Of a stretch of DNA of 64,000 nucleotides, positions 9,668-22,587 are shown piece after piece. The notes below the pieces were generated by a model. The model did no database searches. It was not told the origin of the DNA and saw only the letters and a list, made by a program, of their open reading frames with translations. Every line of letters starts with the position of its first letter. Position 1 is the first letter of the stretch. Source of the stretch: Lysobacteraceae bacterium (GTDB lineage: Bacteria > Pseudomonadota > Gammaproteobacteria > Xanthomonadales > Rhodanobacteraceae); assembly GCA_040255835.1 (NCBI GenBank), contig JBDZVT010000004.1:109877-173876 (forward strand). Reading direction: 5' to 3'. The translations under genes and the position numbers were made by a program.

Positions 9668-10550
9668 AGAAGTTGAACCAGTTGTAGGGAGCGACGCGGA
9701 TGTAGTGCTCCAGCCGTTGCGCATAGCGCGCGAGCAGGGCATCCAGCGCCGGGCCGCGATCTTGCCGGGGAATCTCCACCCGCTCGCTGAACGGTTCGAA
9801 CACCAGCCGGTAGCGGTTGCCGCCGAGATAGAGCCCGAAGCACAGTACCACCGGTACCTTGAGCGTATGCGCCAGCAGCCACGGGCTGACCGGGAACGGC
9901 GCCGGCGCACCCAGCAGCTCGGCGCGGCGCAGCACCTCGTGGCCGCGGCCGCGGTCGGCCAGCATCGCCACCAGCGCACCGCTCTGGCAGGCCTCGGCCA
10001 TCGCCAGCGCGATCGAGGTGCCGTCCTGCGCGGCGTCGATCACGCACGCGCCCACCTCCGGTGCGAGCGCCTCCAGCAGTTCGGTCATCGCCGGGGTCTT
10101 CTGCTTGTCCAGCACCACTCGCAGCGGCAGCTCCGGCCGGCGTGCGCCGATCGCGCGCAGGGCCTCGAAACTTCCCTGGTGCGAGCCCAACAGCAGGACG
10201 CCCTGGCCCAGCGCCGCGCGCTGTTCCAGCAGGTCCAGGCCCTGTGTCTCGAACTGGAACGGCTGCTCGCCGTGGGCGAGCAGGAAGATCCGGTCCATGA
10301 TCGTGGCGGCGAAGCAATGGATGTGCTTGAGCACCTGCCATGGCGTGGCCGGGCGGCCGAACACGCGCTGCAGGTAGCGCGCCGAGGCCCGCCGTTCCGG
10401 CCCGCGCCGGCAGTAGAAGTACAGCGTGATCGGGTACAGGCAGCAGCGGCCCAGCCGGCGGCCGCCATGCAGGGCGATCGCGCGGATCAGCCACAGCGCG
10501 AAGCGGCCGCCGCCCTCCGGCCGGCTCTGCCAGTGTTCGCTGTCGTTCAT
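9594..10550 (-). CDS. lysophospholipid/lipid A-type acyltransferase (LpxL/HtrB family)
   Basis: 318 aa. Architecture and C-terminal YNWFNFYDFW are typical of the acyltransferases in xanthomonadin/aryl-polyene clusters. ATGA overlap with the upstream dehydratase gene. Confidence 0.7.
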   Translation of the reverse strand: MNDSEHWQSRPEGGGRFALWLIRAIALHGGRRLGRCCLYPITLYFYCRRGPERRASARYLQRVFGRPATPWQVLKHIHCFAATIMDRIFLLAHGEQPFQFETQGLDLLEQRAALGQGVLLLGSHQGSFEALRAIGARRPELPLRVVLDKQKTPAMTELLEALAPEVGACVIDAAQDGTSIALAMAEACQSGALVAMLADRGRGHEVLRRAELLGAPAPFPVSPWLLAHTLKVPVVLCFGLYLGGNRYRLVFEPFSERVEIPRQDRGPALDALLARYAQRLEHYIRVAPYNWFNFYDFWQDAPAAEPAAPVLGGHHVGV

Positions 10551-10846
10551 GCCTCCCCCTCGATCACGCCGCGCGCGAGCAGGACGCCCCCGCGCTCGAT
10601 GCGGAAACTTGCTCGCGCTGCCGATCCGGCCGGCGTCAGGTGCAGCTGCGCTGTTTCGCCGGGCAGCAACGGCGCCACGAACTTCGCCTCCGGCACGCGC
10701 ACCAGGCGCTGATTGCGCCAGGCGCGAAGGGCCAGCGCCAGCTGTTCGAGCAGCAGCACGCCGGGCACCAGCGGTTGTCCGGGGAAATGCCCGGGCAGGG
10801 CCGGATGGCCGGCATCGAACTGCAGCGTCTGCGAGAACCCGTTCAT
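10547..10846 (-). CDS. small hotdog-fold dehydratase (ApeI-like)
   Basis: ATG at 10846. The 99-aa product carries HFPGQPLVPGVLLLE, a FabZ/FabA-type active-site motif. ATGA-type overlaps on both sides. Confidence 0.7.
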   Translation of the reverse strand: MNGFSQTLQFDAGHPALPGHFPGQPLVPGVLLLEQLALALRAWRNQRLVRVPEAKFVAPLLPGETAQLHLTPAGSAARASFRIERGGVLLARGVIEGEA

Positions 10847-11562
10847 GGCGCGATGCCGCCGTTGCCGTGCAGCAGTTGCGGCCAGCGCAGGGCGAGCTTC
10901 AGCAGCATGTCGTGCAGGCCGGGGTGGCTGAGGTGGCGCAACCGCCAGCGCCGCCAGGCGTACTCGAGCAGGAACGCCGCGCCCAGCAGCAGGTAGCAGC
11001 CCACGTGCAGCCAGGCCGAGGCCCAGCGTGCAGGCACCAGCCACGGCGGGGTCAGGCCCAGGCGCAGCAGCAGGCCGCCGTGGGCGGCGAACAGCAGCAG
11101 GCCGGTCAACAGCAGTGCCTGCGCCGCCAGCAGCACGGTCCAGAACCAGGTGACCTGCCGCGCGTAACGTGCCACGCCGGGCGCGCGCAGCCGCTCGGCT
11201 CCTTCGATCGCCACCACGAAGCGCGCCACCAGCGGCTCGTCGCCGGCCAGGCTGCGACCGAACCAGCACGCCAGCGCCAGGTTGATCAGGATCGGCACCG
11301 CTTCCAGCAGCAGGTCGGCCAGGCCGTGGCGGGACAACAGCCACACCCCGCCGAGCATCAGCAGCCACAGCAGCCATGGCAGCAGCCGGCGTGAGAGCAG
11401 GTGCGGCAGCATCGGCACGGTGGCCAGCACCACCAGCGCCAGCAGGGCGAAAACCGGTCGCTGGGTGAGCATGCCGGCAATGGCGAGCACCGGGTAGGCC
11501 AGCAGCAGCCACAGGGCGTGGCGGCGCGAGGCCGGGGCTGGGATGGATGGCGCTGGTTTCAT
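10843..11562 (-). CDS. integral membrane protein of the pigment locus, unknown function
   Basis: Start taken at MKPAPS (11562). About 6 hydrophobic helices; its stop overlaps the dehydratase start. No family recognised with certainty. Confidence 0.55.
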   Translation of the reverse strand: MKPAPSIPAPASRRHALWLLLAYPVLAIAGMLTQRPVFALLALVVLATVPMLPHLLSRRLLPWLLWLLMLGGVWLLSRHGLADLLLEAVPILINLALACWFGRSLAGDEPLVARFVVAIEGAERLRAPGVARYARQVTWFWTVLLAAQALLLTGLLLFAAHGGLLLRLGLTPPWLVPARWASAWLHVGCYLLLGAAFLLEYAWRRWRLRHLSHPGLHDMLLKLALRWPQLLHGNGGIAP

Positions 11563-11733
11563 GCGCGGTTCCGCGACGGCTCGGTCGGCATGGACAGCTT
11601 GGCACGCGCGGTGGACCGCAGCGTGACGAAGGGGCAAACGCTGGCGCGGCGTGACGCTGCCGTCAACGCGCGCATCGCCGCTCCGGAACGCACCCTGCCG
11701 GCGCGCGCGAACCCCCGGTCCATCCGCGGCCGC

Positions 11734-12000
11734 TCAGGCGCGATGCTGTTCGATGTGGCTGGACAAGTTGCGCAGGCTGGCGAAGATCTGCCGGTTCTCC
11801 GGGTTGTCCGAGCGCAGCTGGAACCCATAGCGGCGCGAGACCGCCAGCGCGATCTCCAGCGCGTCGATCGAGTCGAGCCCCAGCTCGCCGCCGAACAGCG
11901 GTGCATCGGGGTCGATCTGGGCGGCGTTGACGTCTTCGAGGTTCAGGCATTCCACCACCAGGGTGGCCAACTCGTGCTGCGCCGCTGTCTGTTCCGCCAT
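11734..12000 (-). CDS. xanC: acyl carrier protein (XanC/ApeE-like)
   Basis: ATG at 12000. The 88-aa acidic protein has the phosphopantetheine attachment motif GLDSIDALE. Divergent from xanB2. Confidence 0.8.
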   Translation of the reverse strand: MAEQTAAQHELATLVVECLNLEDVNAAQIDPDAPLFGGELGLDSIDALEIALAVSRRYGFQLRSDNPENRQIFASLRNLSSHIEQHRA

Positions 12001-12092
12001 GCTCGATTCCGTACGCCAGATGCATTGCCTCCCCCCGGTGGCAGTGGGCGCAGAGTGTAACATAGCGCCCTTGTCGTTCCCGGTTGGCCAGC

Positions 12093-13085
12093 ATGATTCA
12101 GGGATGTGAAACCCCGCAGATCCAGACCCAGGCGCGGCGGGCGCCGCAGGTGTCCTACCGCCTGGCGGAGGCTGCCACCCTGCTGGAGGCACCGGGCACC
12201 CTGGCCGTGCTCGGTTTTGCCCCGGTGGCGCCGGCCAGCGATGATCCGCGCTACCTCCAGGTCGCCCTGGCCAGCCTCGATGCCAGCACGCCGCTGGAGC
12301 TGTGGCAGGTGGACGGGCCGGTGCGCTGCGGCGTCGAAGGCGACGTGCGCTGGTCGGCCGGCGGCGGCTGGCTGTTCGCCGCGGTCGAGCTGGACGAGCG
12401 CGACCACGGCGGCGCCCGCGCCACCGCCAAGCGGGCCTACGACTTGTTGCACCAGTGGGTCGCCGGCCACGATGCGCAGCACGTGCTGCGGGTGTGGAAC
12501 TACATCGGCGCCATCAACGACGGCGAGGGTGATGCGGAGCGCTACAAGCGCTTCTGCGAGGGCCGCGCTGCCGGCATGGGCGATTTCTTTGCCGAGGGCT
12601 TTCCGGCCGCCACCGCGATCGGCCACCTCGCGGCGGAGCACCGCCTGCAGGTCTACCTGCTGGCCGGCGAGCAGGGCGGCATCCGGGTGGAGAACCCGCG
12701 CCAGGTCAGCGCGTGGCATTACCCGCGCCAGTACGGCCGCACCCCGCCGAGCTTCGCCCGGGCGATGAGCCTGCCGGCGCACGATGTGCTGGCGATCTCC
12801 GGCACGGCGGCCGTGGTCGGCCATGCATCGGCTCACCGCGACGACCTGCAGGCGCAGTTGCGCGAGACCCTCATCAACCTGGAAGCCCTGCTGGCCAGTT
12901 CCGGCATGCCGGCCGGCTTCGACGGCCGTTCGCCGCTGAAGGTCTACGTGCGCCACGCGGGCGACGCCCCCGCGGTGCGCGACTTCCTCCGCCAGCACCT
13001 GCCCGGCGTGCCGCTGCTGCTGCTGCACGGCGAGATCTGCCGCCGCGAACTGCTGGTGGAAGTGGACGGCTGGCGTTACGCGTAA
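12093..13085 (+). CDS. xanB2: chorismatase producing 3-/4-hydroxybenzoate (XanB2, FkbO/Hyg5 family)
   Basis: Translation matches my memory of XanB2-type proteins (RVWNYIGAINDGEGDAERYKRFCEGR, YjgF-like C-terminal half). The track start at 12084 is TTG; the first ATG is at 12093. Confidence 0.75.
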   Translation: MIQGCETPQIQTQARRAPQVSYRLAEAATLLEAPGTLAVLGFAPVAPASDDPRYLQVALASLDASTPLELWQVDGPVRCGVEGDVRWSAGGGWLFAAVELDERDHGGARATAKRAYDLLHQWVAGHDAQHVLRVWNYIGAINDGEGDAERYKRFCEGRAAGMGDFFAEGFPAATAIGHLAAEHRLQVYLLAGEQGGIRVENPRQVSAWHYPRQYGRTPPSFARAMSLPAHDVLAISGTAAVVGHASAHRDDLQAQLRETLINLEALLASSGMPAGFDGRSPLKVYVRHAGDAPAVRDFLRQHLPGVPLLLLHGEICRRELLVEVDGWRYA

Positions 13086-13164
13086 GCAGTGAAGATGAAG
13101 GAGTGAGGAGTGATCGAAAGCCACGGCGACGCACGCTCGGGCTTTCTCCCACTTCCCACTCGAC

Positions 13165-14535
13165 TCACTCCTGCTTCACAGGCCGCCGCCAGCCTGCCAG
13201 CGTGGCCTGGCGGCCGCGCGCCACGGTGAGCTCGCCGGCAGGCGCATCCTTGGTGATCACCGAACCGGCGCCGATGGTGGCCCGCGCGCCGATCGTCACC
13301 GGCGCGACCAGCGCGGCGTTGGAACCGATGAAGGCGCCGTCGTCGATGCGGGTGGCGAACTTGTTCACGCCGTCGTAGTTGCAGGTGATGGTGCCCGCGC
13401 CGATGTTGACGCCGCGGCCGACCACGGTGTCGCCGAGGTAGGTGAGGTGGTTGGCCTTGCTGCCTTCGCCGATGCGGGTCTTCTTGGTCTCGACGAAGTT
13501 GCCCACGTGCACGCCCGCGTCCAGTTCGGTGCCGGGGCGCAGTCGCGCGAACGGGCCGATCGTGCAGGGGCCGTGGGTGACCACGCCATCGAGGTCGCAA
13601 TGCGGGTGCAGCACCGTGCCGGCGGCCAGTTGCACGTCTTTCAGGCGCGTGAAGGGGCCCACGCGCACGTCGTCGCCCAACACCACGCGACCCTCCAGGA
13701 TCACATCGATGTCGAGCTCGACGTCGTGGCCGGCCTCGACCGTGCCGCGCACGTCCACGCGCAGCGGATCGGCCATGCGCACGCCCTCGCGCAGCAGCGC
13801 GTGGGTGACGCGACGGCGCCAGGCTGCTTCCAGTTCGGCCAGTTGCACGGGGTCGTTGGCCCCGGCGGCCTCCATCGGGTCGTCGCATTCGACGCTGAGC
13901 GCGCCGCGGCCTTCCGCGGCGGCCATCGCGAAGATGTCGGTGAGGTAGTACTCGCCCTGGGCGTTGTCGCGGTCGAGCTGCTTGAGCCAGCCGCGCAGGC
14001 CCAGCGCCTCGGCCACCAGGATGCCGGTGTTGACCAGGTTGACCGCGCGCTGGCCGGCGTCGGCGTCCTTTTCCTCGACCACTTCGCGCACGTGGCCGTT
14101 GCCGTCGCACAACACGCGGCCATAGCCCTGCGGGTCGGCCAGCCGCGTGGTGAGCAGGCTGAAGCTGCCGTCGGCCTCCAGCAGTTGCCGCAGGGTCTGC
14201 GCCCGGGTCAGCGGCACGTCGCCGTACAGCACCAGCACGCGGGCCGTGCGCGGCACGTCGGCGATCGCCTGCTCCACCGCATGGCCGGTGCCGAGCCGCT
14301 CGGCCTGCAACACCCAGCGCAGGTCACGCTCGTCGGCGAAGGCCGCCTGCACCTGCTCGCCGCAATGGCCGTAGACGATGTGGATGGCGGCCGGTTGCAG
14401 GCTCCGCGCGGTGGCGATGACATGCGCCAACAACGGCCTGCCGGCCAGCGGCATCAGCACCTTGGCGCGATTGGATTTCATCCGCGTGCCGGCACCGGCC
14501 GCCAGGATGATCACGTGCAGTGGAGTTGTGTCCAT
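13165..14535 (-). CDS. glmU: bifunctional UDP-GlcNAc diphosphorylase / GlcN-1-P N-acetyltransferase
   Basis: ATG at 14535 ([21 protein letters not shown]). Left-handed beta-helix hexapeptide repeats in the C-terminal half. Confidence 0.95.
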   Translation of the reverse strand: MDTTPLHVIILAAGAGTRMKSNRAKVLMPLAGRPLLAHVIATARSLQPAAIHIVYGHCGEQVQAAFADERDLRWVLQAERLGTGHAVEQAIADVPRTARVLVLYGDVPLTRAQTLRQLLEADGSFSLLTTRLADPQGYGRVLCDGNGHVREVVEEKDADAGQRAVNLVNTGILVAEALGLRGWLKQLDRDNAQGEYYLTDIFAMAAAEGRGALSVECDDPMEAAGANDPVQLAELEAAWRRRVTHALLREGVRMADPLRVDVRGTVEAGHDVELDIDVILEGRVVLGDDVRVGPFTRLKDVQLAAGTVLHPHCDLDGVVTHGPCTIGPFARLRPGTELDAGVHVGNFVETKKTRIGEGSKANHLTYLGDTVVGRGVNIGAGTITCNYDGVNKFATRIDDGAFIGSNAALVAPVTIGARATIGAGSVITKDAPAGELTVARGRQATLAGWRRPVKQE

Positions 14536-14696
14536 GGTTTGCCGACCCTGTCCCGACCGAATCAAAAGCATAGCAGCCGGCCACGCCGGTTCGGGGCGCG
14601 GGCCGGGGCGGCGACGGGCTTGAAACGGCGCATACGAAAGCGCAACGATCGCCGTGCCACACTGGCGCAGTCGGCAGCAACCAGACGAGGTGCATC

Positions 14697-15269
14697 ATGA
14701 AGCACATGACTAGCATCCACCCATGCAGTTTCGCGGCCTTGCTCGCCATCGCCGCAACCGGAGGCCTGGCGCCGGCGCCAGCCTTCGCGGAACCGCCGCC
14801 GGCGGTGGCCGTGGGTGAAGCCCATCCCGCTGCGAGGGTCAGCGTGAACTACGTCAACCCGGAGGAATTCAGCGAGGCGAAGGAATTCGGCCAGCAGGAC
14901 CGCTTCAATGGAGCGAATTACCTGCAGCCGCTGAAGGCCTACCTGGTACAGCGCGCCAGCCGGATGCTGGGCCCGGGCGAGCGACTGGAGGTGAGCATCA
15001 CCGACATCAAGCTGGCCGGCGGCTACGAGCCCTGGCGCGGCGCGCAGCTGATGCACGTGCGCTTCATGAAGGACGTCTATCCGCCGCGCATGGATCTCAG
15101 CTTCAAGCTGATCGGCAGCAACGGCGAAGTGCTGCGTGAGGGCTCGCGCCAGCTGCGCAACCTGGGCTACCTGCAGAGCGGCGCCACGCGCACCAGCGAT
15201 ACCGATCCGTTGCGCTACGACAAGGCGCTGATCGACAGCTGGCTGCGCCGCGGTCCGGAAAACCTCTAG
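14697..15269 (+). CDS. secreted protein, DUF3016-like
   Basis: ATG at 14697 with GACGAGG upstream. Signal peptide ends in AFA. The family name is from memory only. Confidence 0.55.
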   Translation: MKHMTSIHPCSFAALLAIAATGGLAPAPAFAEPPPAVAVGEAHPAARVSVNYVNPEEFSEAKEFGQQDRFNGANYLQPLKAYLVQRASRMLGPGERLEVSITDIKLAGGYEPWRGAQLMHVRFMKDVYPPRMDLSFKLIGSNGEVLREGSRQLRNLGYLQSGATRTSDTDPLRYDKALIDSWLRRGPENL

Positions 15270-15276
15270 CGGCGCA

Positions 15277-15292
15277 GCCCGGCTTGCCGGGC
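15277..15292. terminator. short GC hairpin between the convergent DUF3016-like gene and atpC
   Basis: GCCCGGC-TT-GCCGGGC sits in the 24-nt gap between the two stop codons. No U-tract. Confidence 0.3.
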
Positions 15293-15293
15293 C

Positions 15294-15716
15294 TCAGTGC
15301 TTGAGGTTCTTGCGCAGGCGCTCCAGCGCCTGCAGCTGGGCCATGGCCTCGGTGAGCCGCGTCTGCGCCTCGGCAAGCTCGATCGCGTCGGTGCGGTTGG
15401 CCAGCGCCTCGCGCGCTTCCTTCATGGCCTGCTGCGCCGAGGCTTCGTCCAGGTCCGTCGCGCGCGCGGCGGTATCGGCCAGCACCGTGACCACCTGCGG
15501 CTGCACCTCCAGGATGCCGCCGGAAACGTAGAACTGCTGGCGCTCGCCGCCTTCCAGCAGCACGTCGACATGGCCGGGCTTGAGCCGGGTGATCAGCGGC
15601 GCGTGGCGCGGCGTGATGCCCAGCTCGCCCTGGTCACCGGTCGCCACGACCATGGTCGCCTCGCCGGAAAAGATCTCGGCTTCGGCACTGACGATGTCGA
15701 CTCGGATGGTTGTCAT
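15294..15716 (-). CDS. atpC: F0F1 ATP synthase subunit epsilon
   Basis: ATG at 15716. [20 protein letters not shown] is a typical epsilon N-terminus. Last gene of the atp operon. Confidence 0.95.
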   Translation of the reverse strand: MTTIRVDIVSAEAEIFSGEATMVVATGDQGELGITPRHAPLITRLKPGHVDVLLEGGERQQFYVSGGILEVQPQVVTVLADTAARATDLDEASAQQAMKEAREALANRTDAIELAEAQTRLTEAMAQLQALERLRKNLKH

Positions 15717-15823
15717 GTCTTCTCTCGGTACGCTCGAAGGGGTTCGGGACAGGGTGGGGATCCGGCCGGGCCCCGGTTCGCGGCCTTCGCGAATCCGGGC
15801 CCCCGCTCCCGCAAGGCGGCGGC

Positions 15824-17281
<1,458 letters not shown>

Positions 17282-17334
17282 CTAAGGTTTTGATTTGTAC
17301 AAAGCGCCAATGAAACGTCGCTCTTACTAGGAGT

Positions 17335-17387
17335 GCGGCCAGGGATGGCCGCCTTTTGACTTGCTCTTGCAGGCATGGATGCCTGCA
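17335..17387 (-). repeat. diverged single copy of the atp-array hairpin module in the atpG-atpD spacer
   Basis: GCGGCC-AGGGAT-GGCCGC, then CTTTTGACTTGCTCTTGC, then TGCAGGCA-TGGA-TGCCTGCA. The central GGATGGCCGnCTTTTG..TGCTCTT matches units of the 19972-20304 array. Confidence 0.6.
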
Positions 17388-17388
17388 C

Positions 17389-18306
17389 TCATACCGCCGC
17401 AGCGCCGCCGACGATTTCCGAAATTTCCTGGGTGATCGCCGCCTGGCGCGCCTTGTTGTAGGTCAGCGTCAGCGTGTCGATCACCTTGTTCGCGTTGTCC
17501 GACGCGGCCTTCATCGCGACCATGCGGGCGGCGTGCTCGCTGGCCAGGTTCTCGAGCGTGGCCTGGTACACCACCGACTCGATGTAGCGAGCCAGCACGT
17601 GCTCCAGCACGGTCTGCGCGTCGGGCTCGTAGAGGTAGTCCCAGTCGTGCCCGGCTTCCAGCTTCACGCCGGCATAGGCCGATTCGCCCGCCTCCTCGTG
17701 CGCCTCCAGCTCGGCGGCCACCAGCGGCAGCGGCAGCAGCGCGTCGAGGGTCGGCTTCTGCGTCATGGTGTTGACGAAGTCGCTGTAGGCGAGGAACACG
17801 CGGTCCAGGGTGTTGGCCGCATAGGCGTCCATCATCACCTTGATCACGCCGATCAGCTGCTCCAGCCGCGGCTTTTCGCCCAGGTGGCTGACCGTGCCCA
17901 CCAGGTTGACGCCCTTGATCCGGCGGAAGAACGAGATGGCCTTCTGGCCGATCGCCACCACGTCGACCTGCACGCCCTGCTTCTGCCATTCGGCGATCGC
18001 CGGCAGCAGGCGGCGGAACAGGTTGGAGTTGAGGCCGCCGCACAGGCCGCGATCGGTCGACACCACGATGTAGCCGACCCGCGCCACGTTGTCGCGCTCG
18101 ACCAGGAACGGATGGCTGAAATCCGTGCTGGCCTGCGCCACGTGCGCGATCACCTTGCGCATCAGCCGCGCATACGGCCGCGAGGCGCGCATCAGGTCCT
18201 GCGCACGACGGATCTTGGCCGCCGAGACCATCTCGAGCGCACGCGTCACCTTGCGCATGTTCTGCGTGCTCTTGATCTTGGTTTTGATTTCGCGTCCGCT
18301 TGCCAT
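17389..18306 (-). CDS. atpG: F0F1 ATP synthase subunit gamma
   Basis: [31 protein letters not shown] is a canonical gamma N-terminus. Confidence 0.97.
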   Translation of the reverse strand: MASGREIKTKIKSTQNMRKVTRALEMVSAAKIRRAQDLMRASRPYARLMRKVIAHVAQASTDFSHPFLVERDNVARVGYIVVSTDRGLCGGLNSNLFRRLLPAIAEWQKQGVQVDVVAIGQKAISFFRRIKGVNLVGTVSHLGEKPRLEQLIGVIKVMMDAYAANTLDRVFLAYSDFVNTMTQKPTLDALLPLPLVAAELEAHEEAGESAYAGVKLEAGHDWDYLYEPDAQTVLEHVLARYIESVVYQATLENLASEHAARMVAMKAASDNANKVIDTLTLTYNKARQAAITQEISEIVGGAAAV

Positions 18307-18383
18307 CTTCTACTCGCTCGCTGTGCTCACTCGTGGGATCGTGGGGCCGGGGCCTCGTGCTTCAGGCCCGGGTCCCGGGCCTC

Positions 18384-19940
<1,557 letters not shown>

Positions 19941-19971
19941 CTATCCCGGAAATTAAATGCTTCATTGAAGA

Positions 19972-20304
19972 GTCCGGCCTGGACGGCCGGTTTTTGCTCT
20001 TCGCGAAACGGACTTCGCGTTCAATCAATGTGTCCGGCCCGGATGGCCGGTCTTGCTCTTCGCGAAACGGACTTCGCGTGAAACCAAACTTGTCCGGCCC
20101 TGGATGGCCGGCTTTTGCTCTTCGCGAAACGGACTTCGCGTCAAATCAACTTGTCCGGCCCGGATGGCCGGTCTTGCTCTTCGCGAAGCGGACTTCGCGT
20201 TTAATCAATCTGTCCGGCCTTGGCGGGCCGGTTCCTGCTCTTCGCGAAATGGACTTCGCGTCTAAACCAATGGTACGGGCCACGGATGGCCGGGTTTGCA
20301 GCCG
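19972..20304 (-). repeat. tandem array, 5 full and 1 degenerate copies of a ~60-bp double-hairpin unit, in the atpH-atpA spacer
   Basis: Unit starts at 19972, 20032, 20092, 20153, 20212 and 20273 (periods 60, 60, 61, 59, 61). Unit is GTCCGGCC-N5-GGCCGG, TCTTGCTCTT, CGCGAA-ACGGAC-TTCGCG, then a ~12-nt A/T-richer tail. Confidence 0.9.
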
Positions 20305-20325
20305 GGGCGCGGTCGCTGCGTCGGC

Positions 20326-20856
20326 TCAACTCAGCGCACCGGCCAGCTTGGCCAGGCGCCCGCGAGCGGAACCGTCGATCACCTCGCTGCCGGTATCGAT
20401 CACCGCGCCAGCGAGCAGCGAGGCATCGACCCGGGTGTCCAGTTCGATCTCGCGCCTGAAGCGGCGCTTCAGCGAGGCCTTGAGCTGCTCGGCCTGCGCC
20501 GCGTCCAGCGCCATCGCGCTGGTCACCTTGACCAGCAGCTGCGACTCGGACTCGCGCTTGAACGTCTCGTACAGCTGGGCCACCTCCGGCAGCAACGCCA
20601 GACGCCGCTGCTCGGCCATCTCGGCGAGGAACTGCCCGAACGGCGCGTCGGCGGCGATGCCCGCCGGCAGGTGCAGCGCGACGAGTTGCGCCGGCACCAC
20701 CCGCGGATCGTTGCCGAGGCCGGCCACGCGCGGATCGGCCGCGACGGCGGCGGCGAAGGCCAGCGCCTGCGACCAGGCGTCCAGCGAACCGGCCGCATGC
20801 GCCACTTCGAACGCGGCGCGGGCGTAGGGACGGGCGAGGGTGATTGCCTGGGCCAT
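20326..20856 (-). CDS. atpH: F0F1 ATP synthase subunit delta
   Basis: 176 aa. Position between atpF and atpA, and an OSCP-like sequence (ITLARPYARAAFE). Confidence 0.93.
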   Translation of the reverse strand: MAQAITLARPYARAAFEVAHAAGSLDAWSQALAFAAAVAADPRVAGLGNDPRVVPAQLVALHLPAGIAADAPFGQFLAEMAEQRRLALLPEVAQLYETFKRESESQLLVKVTSAMALDAAQAEQLKASLKRRFRREIELDTRVDASLLAGAVIDTGSEVIDGSARGRLAKLAGALS

Positions 20857-20859
20857 CGA

Positions 20860-21330
20860 TCAGATCTCGGCCGCGAGTTGGTCGAGCAGCGCCTTGTGCG
20901 TGGAGGCATCCACCTCACGCTGCACGATCTTGCTGGCGCCGGCCACGGCCAGCGCACCGACCTGCTCGCGCAACTGGTCGCGCGCGCGTTGGGCCATCGA
21001 GGCGATGTCGTCCTGCGCCGAAGCCTTCAGGCGGTTGATCTCGCTGACTGCCTCGCCACGGGCCTTCTCGATGATCTGGTTGGCCTGCTGCTGCGCCTTG
21101 TCGATGATCTCCGAAGCCTGCAGGCGGGCCTGCTTGATCTCGGCCTGCACCTTGGAGTCGGCATCCTTCAGCTCGGCATGCGCGCGCTCGGCCGCGTTGA
21201 GGCCTTCGGCGATCTTGAGCTGGCGTTCTTCGATGGCCTTGTTGAGATACGGCCAGATGAAGTGCACACAGAACCAGATCAGGATGGCGAACGCAATCAT
21301 TTCGCCAATCAGGGTCGCGTTGAAATCCAT
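20860..21330 (-). CDS. atpF: F0F1 ATP synthase subunit b
   Basis: N-terminal TM helix followed by a long charged coiled coil. 156 aa. Confidence 0.93.
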   Translation of the reverse strand: MDFNATLIGEMIAFAILIWFCVHFIWPYLNKAIEERQLKIAEGLNAAERAHAELKDADSKVQAEIKQARLQASEIIDKAQQQANQIIEKARGEAVSEINRLKASAQDDIASMAQRARDQLREQVGALAVAGASKIVQREVDASTHKALLDQLAAEI

Positions 21331-21362
21331 CGCTGCGTTACCTGCAATTACGGGTTGAACCG

Positions 21363-21412
21363 GACCCGGGCGTCAGGACGCCCGGGTCGAAACGGCGGCG
21401 CCGCGCGCCGCC
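21363..21412 (-). other. two strong GC stem-loops in the atpE-atpF spacer
   Basis: GACCCGGGCG-TCAGGA-CGCCCGGGTC (10-bp perfect stem, 21363-21388) and GGCGGCG-CCGCG-CGCCGCC (21394-21412). No U-tract. Located just 3' of atpE on the mRNA. Confidence 0.6.
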
Positions 21413-21419
21413 AGGTGAC

Positions 21420-22587
<1,168 letters not shown>

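Noticed and set aside
19972-20304. Possible CRISPR array (regularly spaced ~60-bp periodicity with palindromic repeats).
   Set aside because: The 'spacers' are only ~12 nt and are variants of one another (TCAATCAATGT, AAACCAAACTT, AAATCAACTT...). There are no cas genes and no leader. This is a tandem repeat of one unit, not repeat-spacer architecture.
19994-20827. Plus-strand ORFs (19994..20827, 20053..20265, 20220..20459) encoding a repeating peptide (LFAKRTSR..., SSRNGLRV...).
   Set aside because: The repeating peptide is only the tandem DNA repeat read through. Unit lengths of 60, 60, 61 and 59 break the frame. The ORFs run antisense into atpH and have no RBS.
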